DNA from: Bacteroidia bacterium
Lineage (GTDB): Bacteria > Bacteroidota > Bacteroidia > J057
NCBI GenBank assembly: GCA_019695295.1
Contig: JAIBAH010000011.1
Location: 2,956-66,955 of the forward strand
Direction: 5' to 3'
Length of the DNA: 64,000 nucleotides
Position 1 is the first letter of the stretch; each line of letters opens with the position of its first letter. Of this stretch, positions 20,702 to 30,492 are shown piece by piece. The position numbers and the translations under genes were made by a program. Under the pieces are notes generated by a model. The model worked only from the letters and a program-made list of their open reading frames with translations. It was not told the DNA's origin and searched no databases.

Positions 20702-20730
20702 TTCGCTATTTTACCAATCAGGCCGTACAA

Positions 20731-21753
20731 CTACGACATGAGATACTTATAATCATCCAGGTTTTTGAGGGCAATGCCTGTACCTCTCACTACCGCTTTC
20801 AGCGGGTCGGCGGCAATATGTACCGGAAGTTTGGTTTTTTCGGCAAGCCTTTTATCCAGTCCTCTCAATAAAGCACCTCCACCGGTAAGGTAAATCCCTC
20901 TTTCATAAATATCTGCTGACAATTCAGGAGGAGTATTTTCAAGTGCCTTAAGGATAGCGTCTTCTATTTTCGTAATGGATTTATTGAGTGCATGAGCCAC
21001 TTCACGATAGGAAATAGAAATCGTCTTGGGGATTCCCGTCATCAAATCTTTTCCTCTGATTTCAATATCTACCGGAGGAGTATCAATTTCGGGTAAAGCT
21101 GCACCTACTTCGATCTTGATTCGTTCTGCGCTTCTTTCACCGATGAGCATATTATGCTGCTTACGCATATAGTCAAGGATATCGTCATTAAACTCATCCC
21201 CTGCAATACGGATACTCTGATCGGTAACGATACCGGATAAAGCAATCACTGCAATTTCAGTGGTTCCCCCTCCGATATCCACAATCATATTTCCGGTAGG
21301 TTCCTTTACATTTAACCCGATTCCTATCGCTGCTGCCATAGGCTCTGCAATCAGATGTACTTCTTTTGCCCCTGCCTGCTCAGCCGAATCCCTTACTGCT
21401 CTTCTTTCCACTTCCGTAATTCCGCTTGGAATACAAATCACCATGCGGTAACTCGTAGAGAAAAACTTTTTGGTGGTAGGAATTAATTTTATCATTCCCC
21501 GAATCATGTGTTCAGCAACGGTAAAATCTGCAATTACTCCATCCCTGAGCGGACGAACCGTTTTATATTTTTCGTGCGTTTTTTCGTGCATTTGCTGTGC
21601 TTCCCAACCAATTGCAATCACTTTTTCTGAAAGTCTGTCAAGTGCTACAATTGAAGGCTGATCCACCACAATCTGGTCATTATACATGATGAGGGTGTTG
21701 GCTGTACCCAAATCAATTGCTATGTCTGTTGTTAAAAAATCAAAAAGTCCCAT
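20731..21753 (-). CDS. mreB: actin-like rod shape-determining protein MreB
   Basis: The motifs IAIDLGTANTLI, DIGGGTTEIAV and LTGGGALLRGLD are seen. It encodes 340 aa. Confidence 0.95.
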   Translation of the reverse strand: MGLFDFLTTDIAIDLGTANTLIMYNDQIVVDQPSIVALDRLSEKVIAIGWEAQQMHEKTHEKYKTVRPLRDGVIADFTVAEHMIRGMIKLIPTTKKFFSTSYRMVICIPSGITEVERRAVRDSAEQAGAKEVHLIAEPMAAAIGIGLNVKEPTGNMIVDIGGGTTEIAVIALSGIVTDQSIRIAGDEFNDDILDYMRKQHNMLIGERSAERIKIEVGAALPEIDTPPVDIEIRGKDLMTGIPKTISISYREVAHALNKSITKIEDAILKALENTPPELSADIYERGIYLTGGGALLRGLDKRLAEKTKLPVHIAADPLKAVVRGTGIALKNLDDYKYLMS

Positions 21754-22033
21754 TATTCTCTCGCTACTATATTAAGTTTTTTAAATCGGCCGTAAAATTA
21801 GACATTTTCAAGTGAAACAACGTTAAAAAAACAAAAAAAATAAAAAATATTTTTTTTGAAACAGTTAATTTCGTTTTTTCCCTGAAATTCAGAGATAAAG
21901 CCACATTTTAATGATTCGTTTTTTTCTTCGTAAAAGAAATTATGCGGGATATGAAAAATACCTTTATTTATATTTTTTAAAATGGTATTAAATTACGGCG
22001 GGTTTCGCCCATCAACTCTTTTTATAATTTTAA

Positions 22034-22064
22034 ATAAAAAAACCGGACTTCAGGGAAATCCGGT
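22034..22064 (-). terminator. weak rho-independent terminator after the 138-aa ORF
   Basis: On the minus strand a 6-bp GC-rich stem accgga/tccggt is followed by T8. Confidence 0.4.
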
Positions 22065-22096
22065 CTTTGTAAAAAACGGTAATCTATGAAAAGTTC

Positions 22097-22513
22097 TTAA
22101 TCTTCCTGATCTTTTGTGTCTGTATAATCCGGAACCTCGGCTTTGGTTTCGGTCTGATTCATGATTCTGCTTTCTTCATTTTGTTTCATAAGGCTCCAGT
22201 CGTCGGTTGATGCTGTCTGAATCCACAAATGACCTGACCTTCTGAAAACCTGCACTCCTATACCAAACTCCTCCCATAGTTTCATTTCAAAATTTCCGGT
22301 AGGAGTATCTTCACTAAACTCAAATTCTCCTTCTTTTTTCAGGGTGGCGATTGCCGAAAAAAGCGTATTATGAGCAAGTTGCTGTTTGTTTGAACTTAAA
22401 TCATGTATTTCATGAGACCGGGAGTACATTTCTATTTTCAGATAATGAAAGTACTGATGAAAAGCCTCCTGAATGGTAGAAATTGGTTCGTTTTTTTGAA
22501 TTATTAACTTCAT
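22097..22513 (-). CDS. hypothetical protein with an acidic C-terminal tail
   Basis: It is a 138-aa ORF flanked by wide AT-rich intergenic regions with a terminator-like hairpin downstream. No family is recognised. Confidence 0.45.
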   Translation of the reverse strand: MKLIIQKNEPISTIQEAFHQYFHYLKIEMYSRSHEIHDLSSNKQQLAHNTLFSAIATLKKEGEFEFSEDTPTGNFEMKLWEEFGIGVQVFRRSGHLWIQTASTDDWSLMKQNEESRIMNQTETKAEVPDYTDTKDQED

Positions 22514-22702
22514 TTTTTTAATTTTTTAGTATTAATTCTACAAATTTACCCTGATTTAAATTAAAAAAAAATGATTTGAATCAGGTTTTGGTTATTTTTT
22601 CTGATTTAAGTGCTGAAGATAAAGAAAACAACTACAAAAGGCCCGCAGAGCGAATTTTCTTTTGAGGGAATCTGTGATTTTATTAATGTTGGTTTCCGCT
22701 TG

Positions 22703-22710
22703 TAATTTTG
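22703..22710 (+). promoter_or_regulatory. putative -7 box (TAnnTTTG) for the DUF445-GT2 pair
   Basis: TAATTTTG lies ~105 nt upstream of the ATG at 22816. Confidence 0.3.
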
Positions 22711-22815
22711 CCCGTACCAAAATCCGAAATACAGAATCTGAAATTACTTTTTTTACAGAAAAATCAAACCTTTTCAGGAATTTGGGGTAAAAGGCTTAAG
22801 AGTAACTTGTAATTA

Positions 22816-23949
22816 ATGAAAGATTTTTTAAAAAAATATATTCCCCGTCATGTGAAGTTCAGAGAGTTATTACCTCAGACGCCTTCACAACCGGAGGAAA
22901 ACCTGGACTTTAACCGGTATAAATTATCTGCAAAAAAAAGAATCTGGCTTCAATTCGTCAGCATCAGTCACTGGGTTTGCCTTGCGGGTTTTGCGGTTTC
23001 TGTATTTTTGGTAAACGGAATGGGATTTAATCCTGAGGATTGGGCTGTTCCTTACAGCGACAAGGTGTTTGACCCGCTCGAGATGCTCAAAATGCTGTGC
23101 GTAAGTGGCCTTATTGGTTATGGTACCAATTATATTGCGATTCAGATGCTGTTCAGACCAGTACACAAGCGGCCTGTATGGGGTCAGGGACTGATTCCCG
23201 CCCAAAGACAAATTATTATTTTTACCCTTTCCAGAGGGATGCATAAACATGTACTCAACGAGGAACTGATTATCCATAATCTCGAAAAAGCAAAATTCCC
23301 GGCAAGACTTGCTGCCATGATTATTGATAGTGGTGAAGGCGTAGTCAGAGATGAGGAACTTAAAAAAGAGGTGAAGTACTGGATTGTCGAAGGTATCCGG
23401 GATTATTTCAGTAAAACACACGTTCAAAATGAGATTCTGGCCACCATTGATGAAAAACTGGATGTACACCTTGAAGGAGGATTAAAAAAACTCCTTGTCT
23501 CAACCTACCGTAAATACAATGCAAAAGACTATGAATCACTTGTAAAAAAGTTTATTCAGGAAATCCCTGAAATTACGGGCTCTGTGATGGATAAATTCGG
23601 TGCGGAAAAAACGGATGAGATTGTGGATTATCTGCATACCCAAAAAGGAGAACTTACCCATTTAATTACGGTTTCCATTGCAGATATACTCACGAGTATT
23701 GATATTACCGGATTACTGCGGAAGCAAATGGAGCATTTTGATGATTCCAAATTAGAAAAAATGGTAAGAGAGGCGACCAATGAGCAACTGAAATATATTC
23801 AGTATCTGGGAACTCTTCTGGGTTTACTGGGAGGACTCATTATATGGGAGCCCGTTTTTATGCTGATAGTGTATTCCGTCATTTTGGCCACCTTATTTAT
23901 TCTGGATAAAATACTGTATCAGAGACAAAATCCAAGTCATGGAAAATAA
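22816..23949 (+). CDS. DUF445-family membrane protein
   Basis: It has terminal TM segments flanking a long helical soluble region. The motif GYGTNYIAIQMLFRP resembles the conserved DUF445 (YheB-like) motif. Confidence 0.55.
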   Translation: MKDFLKKYIPRHVKFRELLPQTPSQPEENLDFNRYKLSAKKRIWLQFVSISHWVCLAGFAVSVFLVNGMGFNPEDWAVPYSDKVFDPLEMLKMLCVSGLIGYGTNYIAIQMLFRPVHKRPVWGQGLIPAQRQIIIFTLSRGMHKHVLNEELIIHNLEKAKFPARLAAMIIDSGEGVVRDEELKKEVKYWIVEGIRDYFSKTHVQNEILATIDEKLDVHLEGGLKKLLVSTYRKYNAKDYESLVKKFIQEIPEITGSVMDKFGAEKTDEIVDYLHTQKGELTHLITVSIADILTSIDITGLLRKQMEHFDDSKLEKMVREATNEQLKYIQYLGTLLGLLGGLIIWEPVFMLIVYSVILATLFILDKILYQRQNPSHGK

Positions 23950-25102
23950 GCCGGAACTATCCATTGTAATGCCCTGCCTGAATGAAATTGAAACGCTGGA
24001 AGTGTGCATTAAGAAAGCGCAAAAAGGCCTGGAAAAAAGTCAGGTGAAAGGCGAAATCATTATAGCAGACAACGGGAGTACCGATGGTTCTCAGGCGCTT
24101 GCCCTTTCACTTGGAGCAAAGGTCGTACATGTGAAAAAAAAAGGATACGGAAGTGCACTTTTGGGGGGAATCGAAGCGGCACAGGGGAAATATGTACTGA
24201 TGGGTGATTCAGATGACAGTTATGATTTTTCAGAAATCAGTGCTTTTGTAGCGAAACTCAGGGAGGGCGAAGAGTTGGTTATGGGCAATCGTTTCAAGGG
24301 TGGAATCCGCGAAAAGGCAATGCCTTTTCTGAATCGCTATCTGGGAAATCCTGTTTTGAGTTTTGTAGGCAGGCTTTTTTTCAGCAGCCCTGTGGGAGAT
24401 TTTCATTGCGGAATGCGGGCCTTCTCCAAAGCCGCTTTCCAATCCTGGAACCTTCAGACTTCGGGGATGGAGTTTGCTACGGAAATGGTGGTAAAAGCAA
24501 CACTTTTGAAAAGTAAAATTACGGAAGTTCCCATATTTTTATACCCTGACGGCAGAAACCGGCCTCCGCACCTGAGAAGATGGAGAGATGGCTGGCGTCA
24601 CCTTCGGTTCATGTGCCTGTATGCACCTGCCTGGTTATTTCTGTATCCCGGGTTATTTCTGATGGCTTTCGGATTATTCTTTTTTCTGATACTGCTAAAG
24701 CAGCCTCTCGACATAGGAGTGGCTGTACTGGATATTACTACGCTTTTATACAGTGCCCTGATATTTCTGGCCGGATTTCAGGCCATTTTGTTTTATTTTA
24801 AAACCCGGATATATGCCGGGCAACAAGGCTTCCTCCCCTACTCCCCTACTTTCTTCCGGCTTTTTGATTATTTTACCCTTGAGAGGGGCCTGATTACGGG
24901 GGGAATTCTGTGCCTTACCGGGATTGGAGCCTCATTTTTTTCCCTGAATTTCTGGGCGAGTCATAACTTTGGGCAACTGGAAGCCTCCTCTATCATCCGG
25001 ATTGGAATTATGGCTTTCCTCAGCCTTCTGATGGGGATTCAAGTTATTTTTTCAAGCCTGTTTTTCAGTATTCTGGGGTTACAAAAACCGCCGGAAGATT
25101 GA
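23939..25102 (+). CDS. family 2 glycosyltransferase with a C-terminal multi-TM domain (polyprenyl-phosphate glycosyltransferase-like)
   Basis: It shows LSIVMPCLNE, IIIADNGSTDGS and the DxD-like GDSDDSYDF, with 4-5 TM helices after aa ~225. It overlaps the DUF445 gene by 11 nt. Confidence 0.8.
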   Translation: MENKPELSIVMPCLNEIETLEVCIKKAQKGLEKSQVKGEIIIADNGSTDGSQALALSLGAKVVHVKKKGYGSALLGGIEAAQGKYVLMGDSDDSYDFSEISAFVAKLREGEELVMGNRFKGGIREKAMPFLNRYLGNPVLSFVGRLFFSSPVGDFHCGMRAFSKAAFQSWNLQTSGMEFATEMVVKATLLKSKITEVPIFLYPDGRNRPPHLRRWRDGWRHLRFMCLYAPAWLFLYPGLFLMAFGLFFFLILLKQPLDIGVAVLDITTLLYSALIFLAGFQAILFYFKTRIYAGQQGFLPYSPTFFRLFDYFTLERGLITGGILCLTGIGASFFSLNFWASHNFGQLEASSIIRIGIMAFLSLLMGIQVIFSSLFFSILGLQKPPED

Positions 25103-25472
25103 TTATTTCTATTTTTTTAAGAATCCATTTACAGAGAATCCTCTCAGGCTCATGACAGATTCTAAAAGTTGTTTACTTTATTGTTTTTTGGTCAATTCTG
25201 AATACTGGAGGGGAAAAGTTCAGAAAAAATCTCCTGATTTGAGAAAGAAAATTTTCAATTACAAATAGAAATAAAAAAACCGGTTTAATCCATTATTATG
25301 CGGATATAATTCAAATTATGAAGCGGTAATACCTTAACAGAGAAATATTTTTTGCCCTACTATTTATTCTAAATATCAAAAAAACTTACATTTCCCTTTT
25401 TTATTCAGAAAAAATGAATTTTTTGGCAGATAAATTGCGTTATTGATACTGAATTAAATACTAACTTTAGTA

Positions 25473-26870
25473 ATGAGAATCCTTTATATATGGAATGAAA
25501 GCGTCCGAATACTTAAAGAGAACGGAACCCGGCCTGAAAACACTGAACTGGAAAATCTGACAATTTCCTGGGTGAATATCATTTCGGTACTTTTTGCTTT
25601 TATGTCCATTCCTTATCTCATCAATACTACCGTAATATTTTTCTGGATAAATATTATTGCCTGTGTATTCAACTTACTTCCCCTTTATTTCAACAAAATA
25701 CATAAACCACTTACAGCTAAACTATTACTGATTCTACCTCCGATAGGAGTTACCATAATTGCAGTTTTGTTATTTCATCCTTTCAGCTGGGTTTCCCTCT
25801 TTATGGTTGCGATGCAGGTAGCCAGTTTTTTATATTTGCCATTTGTTGTATTTACTCTCAAAGAAGAGAAATATATGTACATAAGTGTGGCCACGGCAAT
25901 TGCAGGCTGTATTGTTTACGTGATTATCGGTTATAATACTCAACCTCCTTTTCCGGACAAGAATGTGGATGTAATTACCATTTTCTGGGCGATTTTCCTT
26001 TCATTTATTATAACAGTTATTCTGGGGATTGCATACTACCGGAAACTTCTGCTCAGATATACTGAAAAATTACTGGTTAATCAGACCTTATTATTAAGTA
26101 CAAAAGCAGAATTACAGAAGCAGAAAGAAACCCTTGACTCCCAAAATGATTCCCTTCAATCCCTCAATGGTAAGCTTTCCGGATCACTGGAACACAGTAA
26201 GGAATTTCTGCAAATGGTTTCGCATGATTTAAAAAGCCCGGTAAATGCTATCATCGGACTTACGGATATTATTCAGGCCGAAACCGATTTGTTAAAAATC
26301 AGACAATACAACGAATATGTGCTACACTCTGCTCAAAAAGCCTTACACCTGATAGAAAATCTGAGACAGATTACCATGCTTGAAAGCAATAATTTCGAAA
26401 TCAACAAAAAAGCATTTATGCTGGATAAACTGATTGAGGAGGTGATAGAGCAAAATAAAATCAATGCCCATAAAAAAGGACAAAAAATCGAATCCCTGAT
26501 ATCCTGTCAGACCCCGGCGATACTGGACCCTGTGAAAACGTATCAGATTGTAGATAATGTATTGAATAACGCGGTTAAATATTCTCCCAAAAACAGTACA
26601 ATCAAAATTTCACTCTCTAATGAAAATAATCAGAATACTATCCGGATTACCGATAACGGACCCGGATTTACCCCCGATGAATATAACAAACTTTTTCAGA
26701 AATTTTCAAAACTGAATGCAAAACCTACCGGAAATGAAATCTCCACCGGTTTGGGTCTTTTTATCAGCAAACGCCTCATCGAGTTGCAGGGTGGAAAAAT
26801 TTATGCTGAAAGTGAAGGAAAAAACAAAGGAAGTACTTTCGTCATTGAGTTTCCTGCTATCCAGAATTAA
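25473..26870 (+). CDS. membrane sensor histidine kinase (orphan)
   Basis: It has ~6 N-terminal TM helices and a coiled-coil. The H-box is VSHDLKSPVNAI and the HATPase regions are NAVKYSP, DNGPGF and GLGLFISK. No response regulator gene is adjacent. Confidence 0.85.
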   Translation: MRILYIWNESVRILKENGTRPENTELENLTISWVNIISVLFAFMSIPYLINTTVIFFWINIIACVFNLLPLYFNKIHKPLTAKLLLILPPIGVTIIAVLLFHPFSWVSLFMVAMQVASFLYLPFVVFTLKEEKYMYISVATAIAGCIVYVIIGYNTQPPFPDKNVDVITIFWAIFLSFIITVILGIAYYRKLLLRYTEKLLVNQTLLLSTKAELQKQKETLDSQNDSLQSLNGKLSGSLEHSKEFLQMVSHDLKSPVNAIIGLTDIIQAETDLLKIRQYNEYVLHSAQKALHLIENLRQITMLESNNFEINKKAFMLDKLIEEVIEQNKINAHKKGQKIESLISCQTPAILDPVKTYQIVDNVLNNAVKYSPKNSTIKISLSNENNQNTIRITDNGPGFTPDEYNKLFQKFSKLNAKPTGNEISTGLGLFISKRLIELQGGKIYAESEGKNKGSTFVIEFPAIQN

Positions 26871-26872
26871 GC

Positions 26873-27586
26873 TTAATATCCCATAAATCCTTTAATCAGA
26901 CTAAGGGCAAAAATCCCGGCTGTTTCAGTACGCAATCTGCTTTCTCCGAGAGAGACTGGCAGATAATTGTTTTTTTGAGCGAGCGCAATCTCCTGAGCAC
27001 TGAAGTCTCCTTCCGGCCCAATCATCATGACTGTATTGCCCCTGTTTTTAATTTCTGTCTGAAAGTCATTGATATGTACCTTTGCTTCACACCAGGCAAT
27101 CAGATTTACGGATGAGTGAACCGGAGCAGAAAAGAAAGATTCAAAAGCAACACTTTTGTGCAGTACCGGAAAACGGGCTCTTTTACACTGCTTGGCAGCC
27201 GAGACAATGATATTTTGCAATCTCTCCTGCTTTATATTTTCGGTAATTGTGTAACGGGAGATTACGGGATAAATCTCATCCACCCCCAATTCCGTCGCTT
27301 TTTCAATGAGCCACTCAAAACGCTCTTTTTGCCTGAGGGGAGAAGCCGCCAAAATTAACTTTCCTGATTGTTTTTCGCCATAATTTTCGGTTTTGTGTTT
27401 CAGTAAAACAGTGACCCCGGTCTTAGCGATTTTCTCAATCTGTCCTTCATAAAACCCGCCTTTTCCATCAATACAAAAAACGGTATCTCCCGTATTTTTC
27501 CTTAACACCTTTATACAATGTGCGGCTTCGTCCGCATCCATATAGCCATAGTTTCCTTCAATTCCCTGAATCAGAAAAAGATACAT
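26873..27586 (-). CDS. rsmE: 16S rRNA (uracil1498-N3)-methyltransferase
   Basis: It has a PUA-like N-domain and a SPOUT C-domain (VMMIGPEGDFSAQEI, VSLGESRLRTETAGI). The start is trimmed to the ATG at 27586 (MYLFLIQG). Confidence 0.8.
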   Translation of the reverse strand: MYLFLIQGIEGNYGYMDADEAAHCIKVLRKNTGDTVFCIDGKGGFYEGQIEKIAKTGVTVLLKHKTENYGEKQSGKLILAASPLRQKERFEWLIEKATELGVDEIYPVISRYTITENIKQERLQNIIVSAAKQCKRARFPVLHKSVAFESFFSAPVHSSVNLIAWCEAKVHINDFQTEIKNRGNTVMMIGPEGDFSAQEIALAQKNNYLPVSLGESRLRTETAGIFALSLIKGFMGY

Positions 27587-27646
27587 AGTTTTATAGATTA
27601 AAATAAAGAACAAAGGTAGTATTTTTTCTTTTCTTTATAAATTTTG

Positions 27647-27654
27647 TACTTTTG
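27647..27654 (+). promoter_or_regulatory. putative -7 box (TAnnTTTG)
   Basis: TACTTTTG lies 21 nt upstream of the ATG at 27675. Confidence 0.4.
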
Positions 27655-27674
27655 TACTTTCAAAAAAGAAAAAT

Positions 27675-28760
27675 ATGAAATTTTTTTTCTGTACTCCTTT
27701 GTTTTTCCTGGTAGCCTTCACTGTAATCTTTAGCTCCTGCAGCACCCTGAGCAGCGATTCCAAAGAAAACAATAAAACAGACAGCATTCAGAATGTAAGG
27801 AATATTTTATTATCTTACTGGGCTAATCCTCAATATATTACCGATGATTTTGGAGAACAGCTGACAGGAACTTCTGCTGAGCTGGAAATGTATGACCTGA
27901 GAGAAGACCGGATTTATTTTTCTATCCGCAAAGACTTAATGGACAGCACTACCCTTTCACGGCTTACGCTGGAGAGTGATTCTGTATTGTTTGGTCAGGA
28001 TGAAGGGAGGTTTATCCGGTTAGGGGGATATCGTTTGTATAAATCAGGGCATTTATTTTTCAGCATTCCTGCCCACTCTTTCCGGGTACCCGAAAAATTC
28101 ACCCTCATTGTCCCTTTTTCAAAATACAGTTATAACATAAGCGGCAATGAACTGGTGGATTTTGTGGAAAACCGCACGATTTACGGAGGAAAAATGTCCT
28201 TTATCAGCAAACAACTTACTGTAAATCAATGGGTATCGGCAAATCACGGCGCAATGGTAGCAACAAAAGGAGAATCTTCACTTTTGCGTTTGACCGATAA
28301 AATCACTCAGGGTTTAGCGAAAAAAGAGGAGAAAATTCAGGCTTTGCTGGATTTTGTAACCCGGGAAATTCCTTACAGCGAAAAAGAGAGAAATGCCCGA
28401 AGGGAAATCATGAAACGCCCCAATGAAGTACTGATGACCCGAACATCTGATTGCAGTGGAAAAACTATTCTTTTTGCTTCCTTACTGGAGCAACTGGGAG
28501 CAGATTACCGGCTTGCCTACCTGAATAATCACATTTGTGTATTAGTGAATGGGAACTTCAGTAAAGAAAATGATTTGAATGTTTCTCTGAATGATACTAC
28601 TTATTTTATGGCTGAGACTACGGCAAAAGGATTTATCATCGGTGAGAGTCAGTTGCAAAAAGCCCCCAATCTTCAGAAAGAGATTGAATTTATTCAAAAA
28701 CCCGAGAAGAACGGGTACATTTTGGAATATCCGTCTGGAGAGCCGGTGAAATTCAAGTAA
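27675..28760 (+). CDS. lipoprotein, possibly with a transglutaminase-like cysteine-protease core
   Basis: A lipobox is present (VIFSSC). TSDCSGKTILFASLLEQLGADYRLAY resembles the Cys motif of transglutaminase-like domains. The match is weak and made by eye. Confidence 0.45.
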   Translation: MKFFFCTPLFFLVAFTVIFSSCSTLSSDSKENNKTDSIQNVRNILLSYWANPQYITDDFGEQLTGTSAELEMYDLREDRIYFSIRKDLMDSTTLSRLTLESDSVLFGQDEGRFIRLGGYRLYKSGHLFFSIPAHSFRVPEKFTLIVPFSKYSYNISGNELVDFVENRTIYGGKMSFISKQLTVNQWVSANHGAMVATKGESSLLRLTDKITQGLAKKEEKIQALLDFVTREIPYSEKERNARREIMKRPNEVLMTRTSDCSGKTILFASLLEQLGADYRLAYLNNHICVLVNGNFSKENDLNVSLNDTTYFMAETTAKGFIIGESQLQKAPNLQKEIEFIQKPEKNGYILEYPSGEPVKFK

Positions 28761-28771
28761 GAAAAGTTGTA

Positions 28772-30457
28772 TTATTTTCGGGCACTTCTTGCAGAAACCA
28801 TCCACAAAACTACAGACAAACCCATTGCGCAAAGGTAACCGAAAGCACTGATATAGGGAATTCCCCATGAATTATAGGCTGTTTCGGGAAGTTTGGCCAA
28901 TAAAGCGATAGACGAACTGGCAAATAATCCGGTAATCAGAATCGCCAGGGTCAGACGATTGGAAGCCCGGGTGAGTTTATCAATAATACCATCAAACTCC
29001 GTATGCTCAATGATAAGTTTTAAACGCCCTTTCCGGGTTTGTTTGATGATATCCCGTATTTCAATCGGAACATCCTGCATAAACTGAAAAAGTTCAGAAG
29101 CGTCATGAAGTAAATCCCCGGCAATTTTTTTAGGGGCAAAACGGTCAGTGACGAGCTTGACCCCGTAGGGTTTCATAAACTCCATGGTATTAAACTCCGG
29201 GTAAATCACTTTTCCAATTCCTTCAAGAATCGCCAAAGCTCTCAGAATCAGGAAAATCGCTCCGGGTACCCGCATCCTGTTATCGTAAATAATCTGTTGT
29301 AACTGAGCACCCATTTCGCCCATATTGGATTCATTCACATCTAAAGAAGCGTGGTCTTCTATGAGTTCATGAAGGGCATATTCCAGTTGTTTTACGTCTT
29401 TGAGCTCATCATCCACCGAAAGCCTCCGAAGATACATAGACATACTCCTTGCATCCCGCTGCGCCATACTGATAAATACTCCGGCAAAATTAATGCGGTC
29501 TTCTTCCATCAGAGAGCCAACCATTCCAAAATCTATCAGACAAATCGAGCCATCCGGACGGACGAGTACATTTCCAGGATGAGGGTCGGCATGAAAATAC
29601 CCATGTTCAAATATCTGATTCAGGTATATTTTCATTCCTAATTTTGCAATCTCCTCCGGATTTACGCCCCACTCCTGCATCTGATGCAGATTGGTAATTT
29701 TACAGCCATTGATTTTTTCAATGACCATTATTTTGGCAGTAGTATAGAGTTTATATACTTTGGGGACATAAAAGTCTTTTTGTTTACTGTAATAATTCCG
29801 GAACTGATCGATATTTCTGGCTTCATTACAGTAATCCATTTCCTTATTCATGGACCGCTCAAACGCTACAACCACGTCCATGAGATTGATGATTCCAAAT
29901 CCTTCAAGCCAATCTGTCGTACGATTCACCAAATCCTTCATCAGTTGCAGGTCAGTAGCAACCTGAGCCTTCACATTGGGTCGCTGCACTTTGACCACCA
30001 CTTCCTCTCCTGTCCTGAGCCTTGCAACATGTACCTGTCCAATGGAAGCCGAACCAATAGGAATGTCACTAAAAAACTCAAAAACGTCTTCAATCGGGGC
30101 TTTCAGTTCTTCTTCAATGATTTTTTTGGCAATTTCAGAAGGAAAAGGAGGAACATTACTCTGAAGTTTTTCGAACTCAGAGACCAACTCTTCGGGAAGG
30201 ATATCCGGACGATTACTCAATACCTGAGCAAATTTTACAAATGTAGGCCCTAATTCTTCGGTTGCCATACGGATTCTTTCCCATCTTGTATATTCAAAAA
30301 CCGGTCTTTCTCTTCTGTACCAGGTAAGTTTGGTTCTTTGAGTGACGAAAGAAGCCAGTGAGGTTTCAGTAACCGCATCCTCGAACCCGTATTTGATTAA
30401 AATACGGGTAATCTCTCTCATCCTCCTGATATTCTGAAACGTTTTTTGAAAAAGCAT
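28772..30457 (-). CDS. ABC1/UbiB-family atypical kinase
   Basis: The motifs GPTFVKFAQVLSNRPDILP, ASIGQVHVA, HADPHPGNVLV and IDFGMVG are present, with two C-terminal TM helices. Confidence 0.85.
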   Translation of the reverse strand: MLFQKTFQNIRRMREITRILIKYGFEDAVTETSLASFVTQRTKLTWYRRERPVFEYTRWERIRMATEELGPTFVKFAQVLSNRPDILPEELVSEFEKLQSNVPPFPSEIAKKIIEEELKAPIEDVFEFFSDIPIGSASIGQVHVARLRTGEEVVVKVQRPNVKAQVATDLQLMKDLVNRTTDWLEGFGIINLMDVVVAFERSMNKEMDYCNEARNIDQFRNYYSKQKDFYVPKVYKLYTTAKIMVIEKINGCKITNLHQMQEWGVNPEEIAKLGMKIYLNQIFEHGYFHADPHPGNVLVRPDGSICLIDFGMVGSLMEEDRINFAGVFISMAQRDARSMSMYLRRLSVDDELKDVKQLEYALHELIEDHASLDVNESNMGEMGAQLQQIIYDNRMRVPGAIFLILRALAILEGIGKVIYPEFNTMEFMKPYGVKLVTDRFAPKKIAGDLLHDASELFQFMQDVPIEIRDIIKQTRKGRLKLIIEHTEFDGIIDKLTRASNRLTLAILITGLFASSSIALLAKLPETAYNSWGIPYISAFGYLCAMGLSVVLWMVSARSARK

Positions 30458-30492
30458 ACATTATGTAAATTCCAGGCGCAAGTTACTAATCC

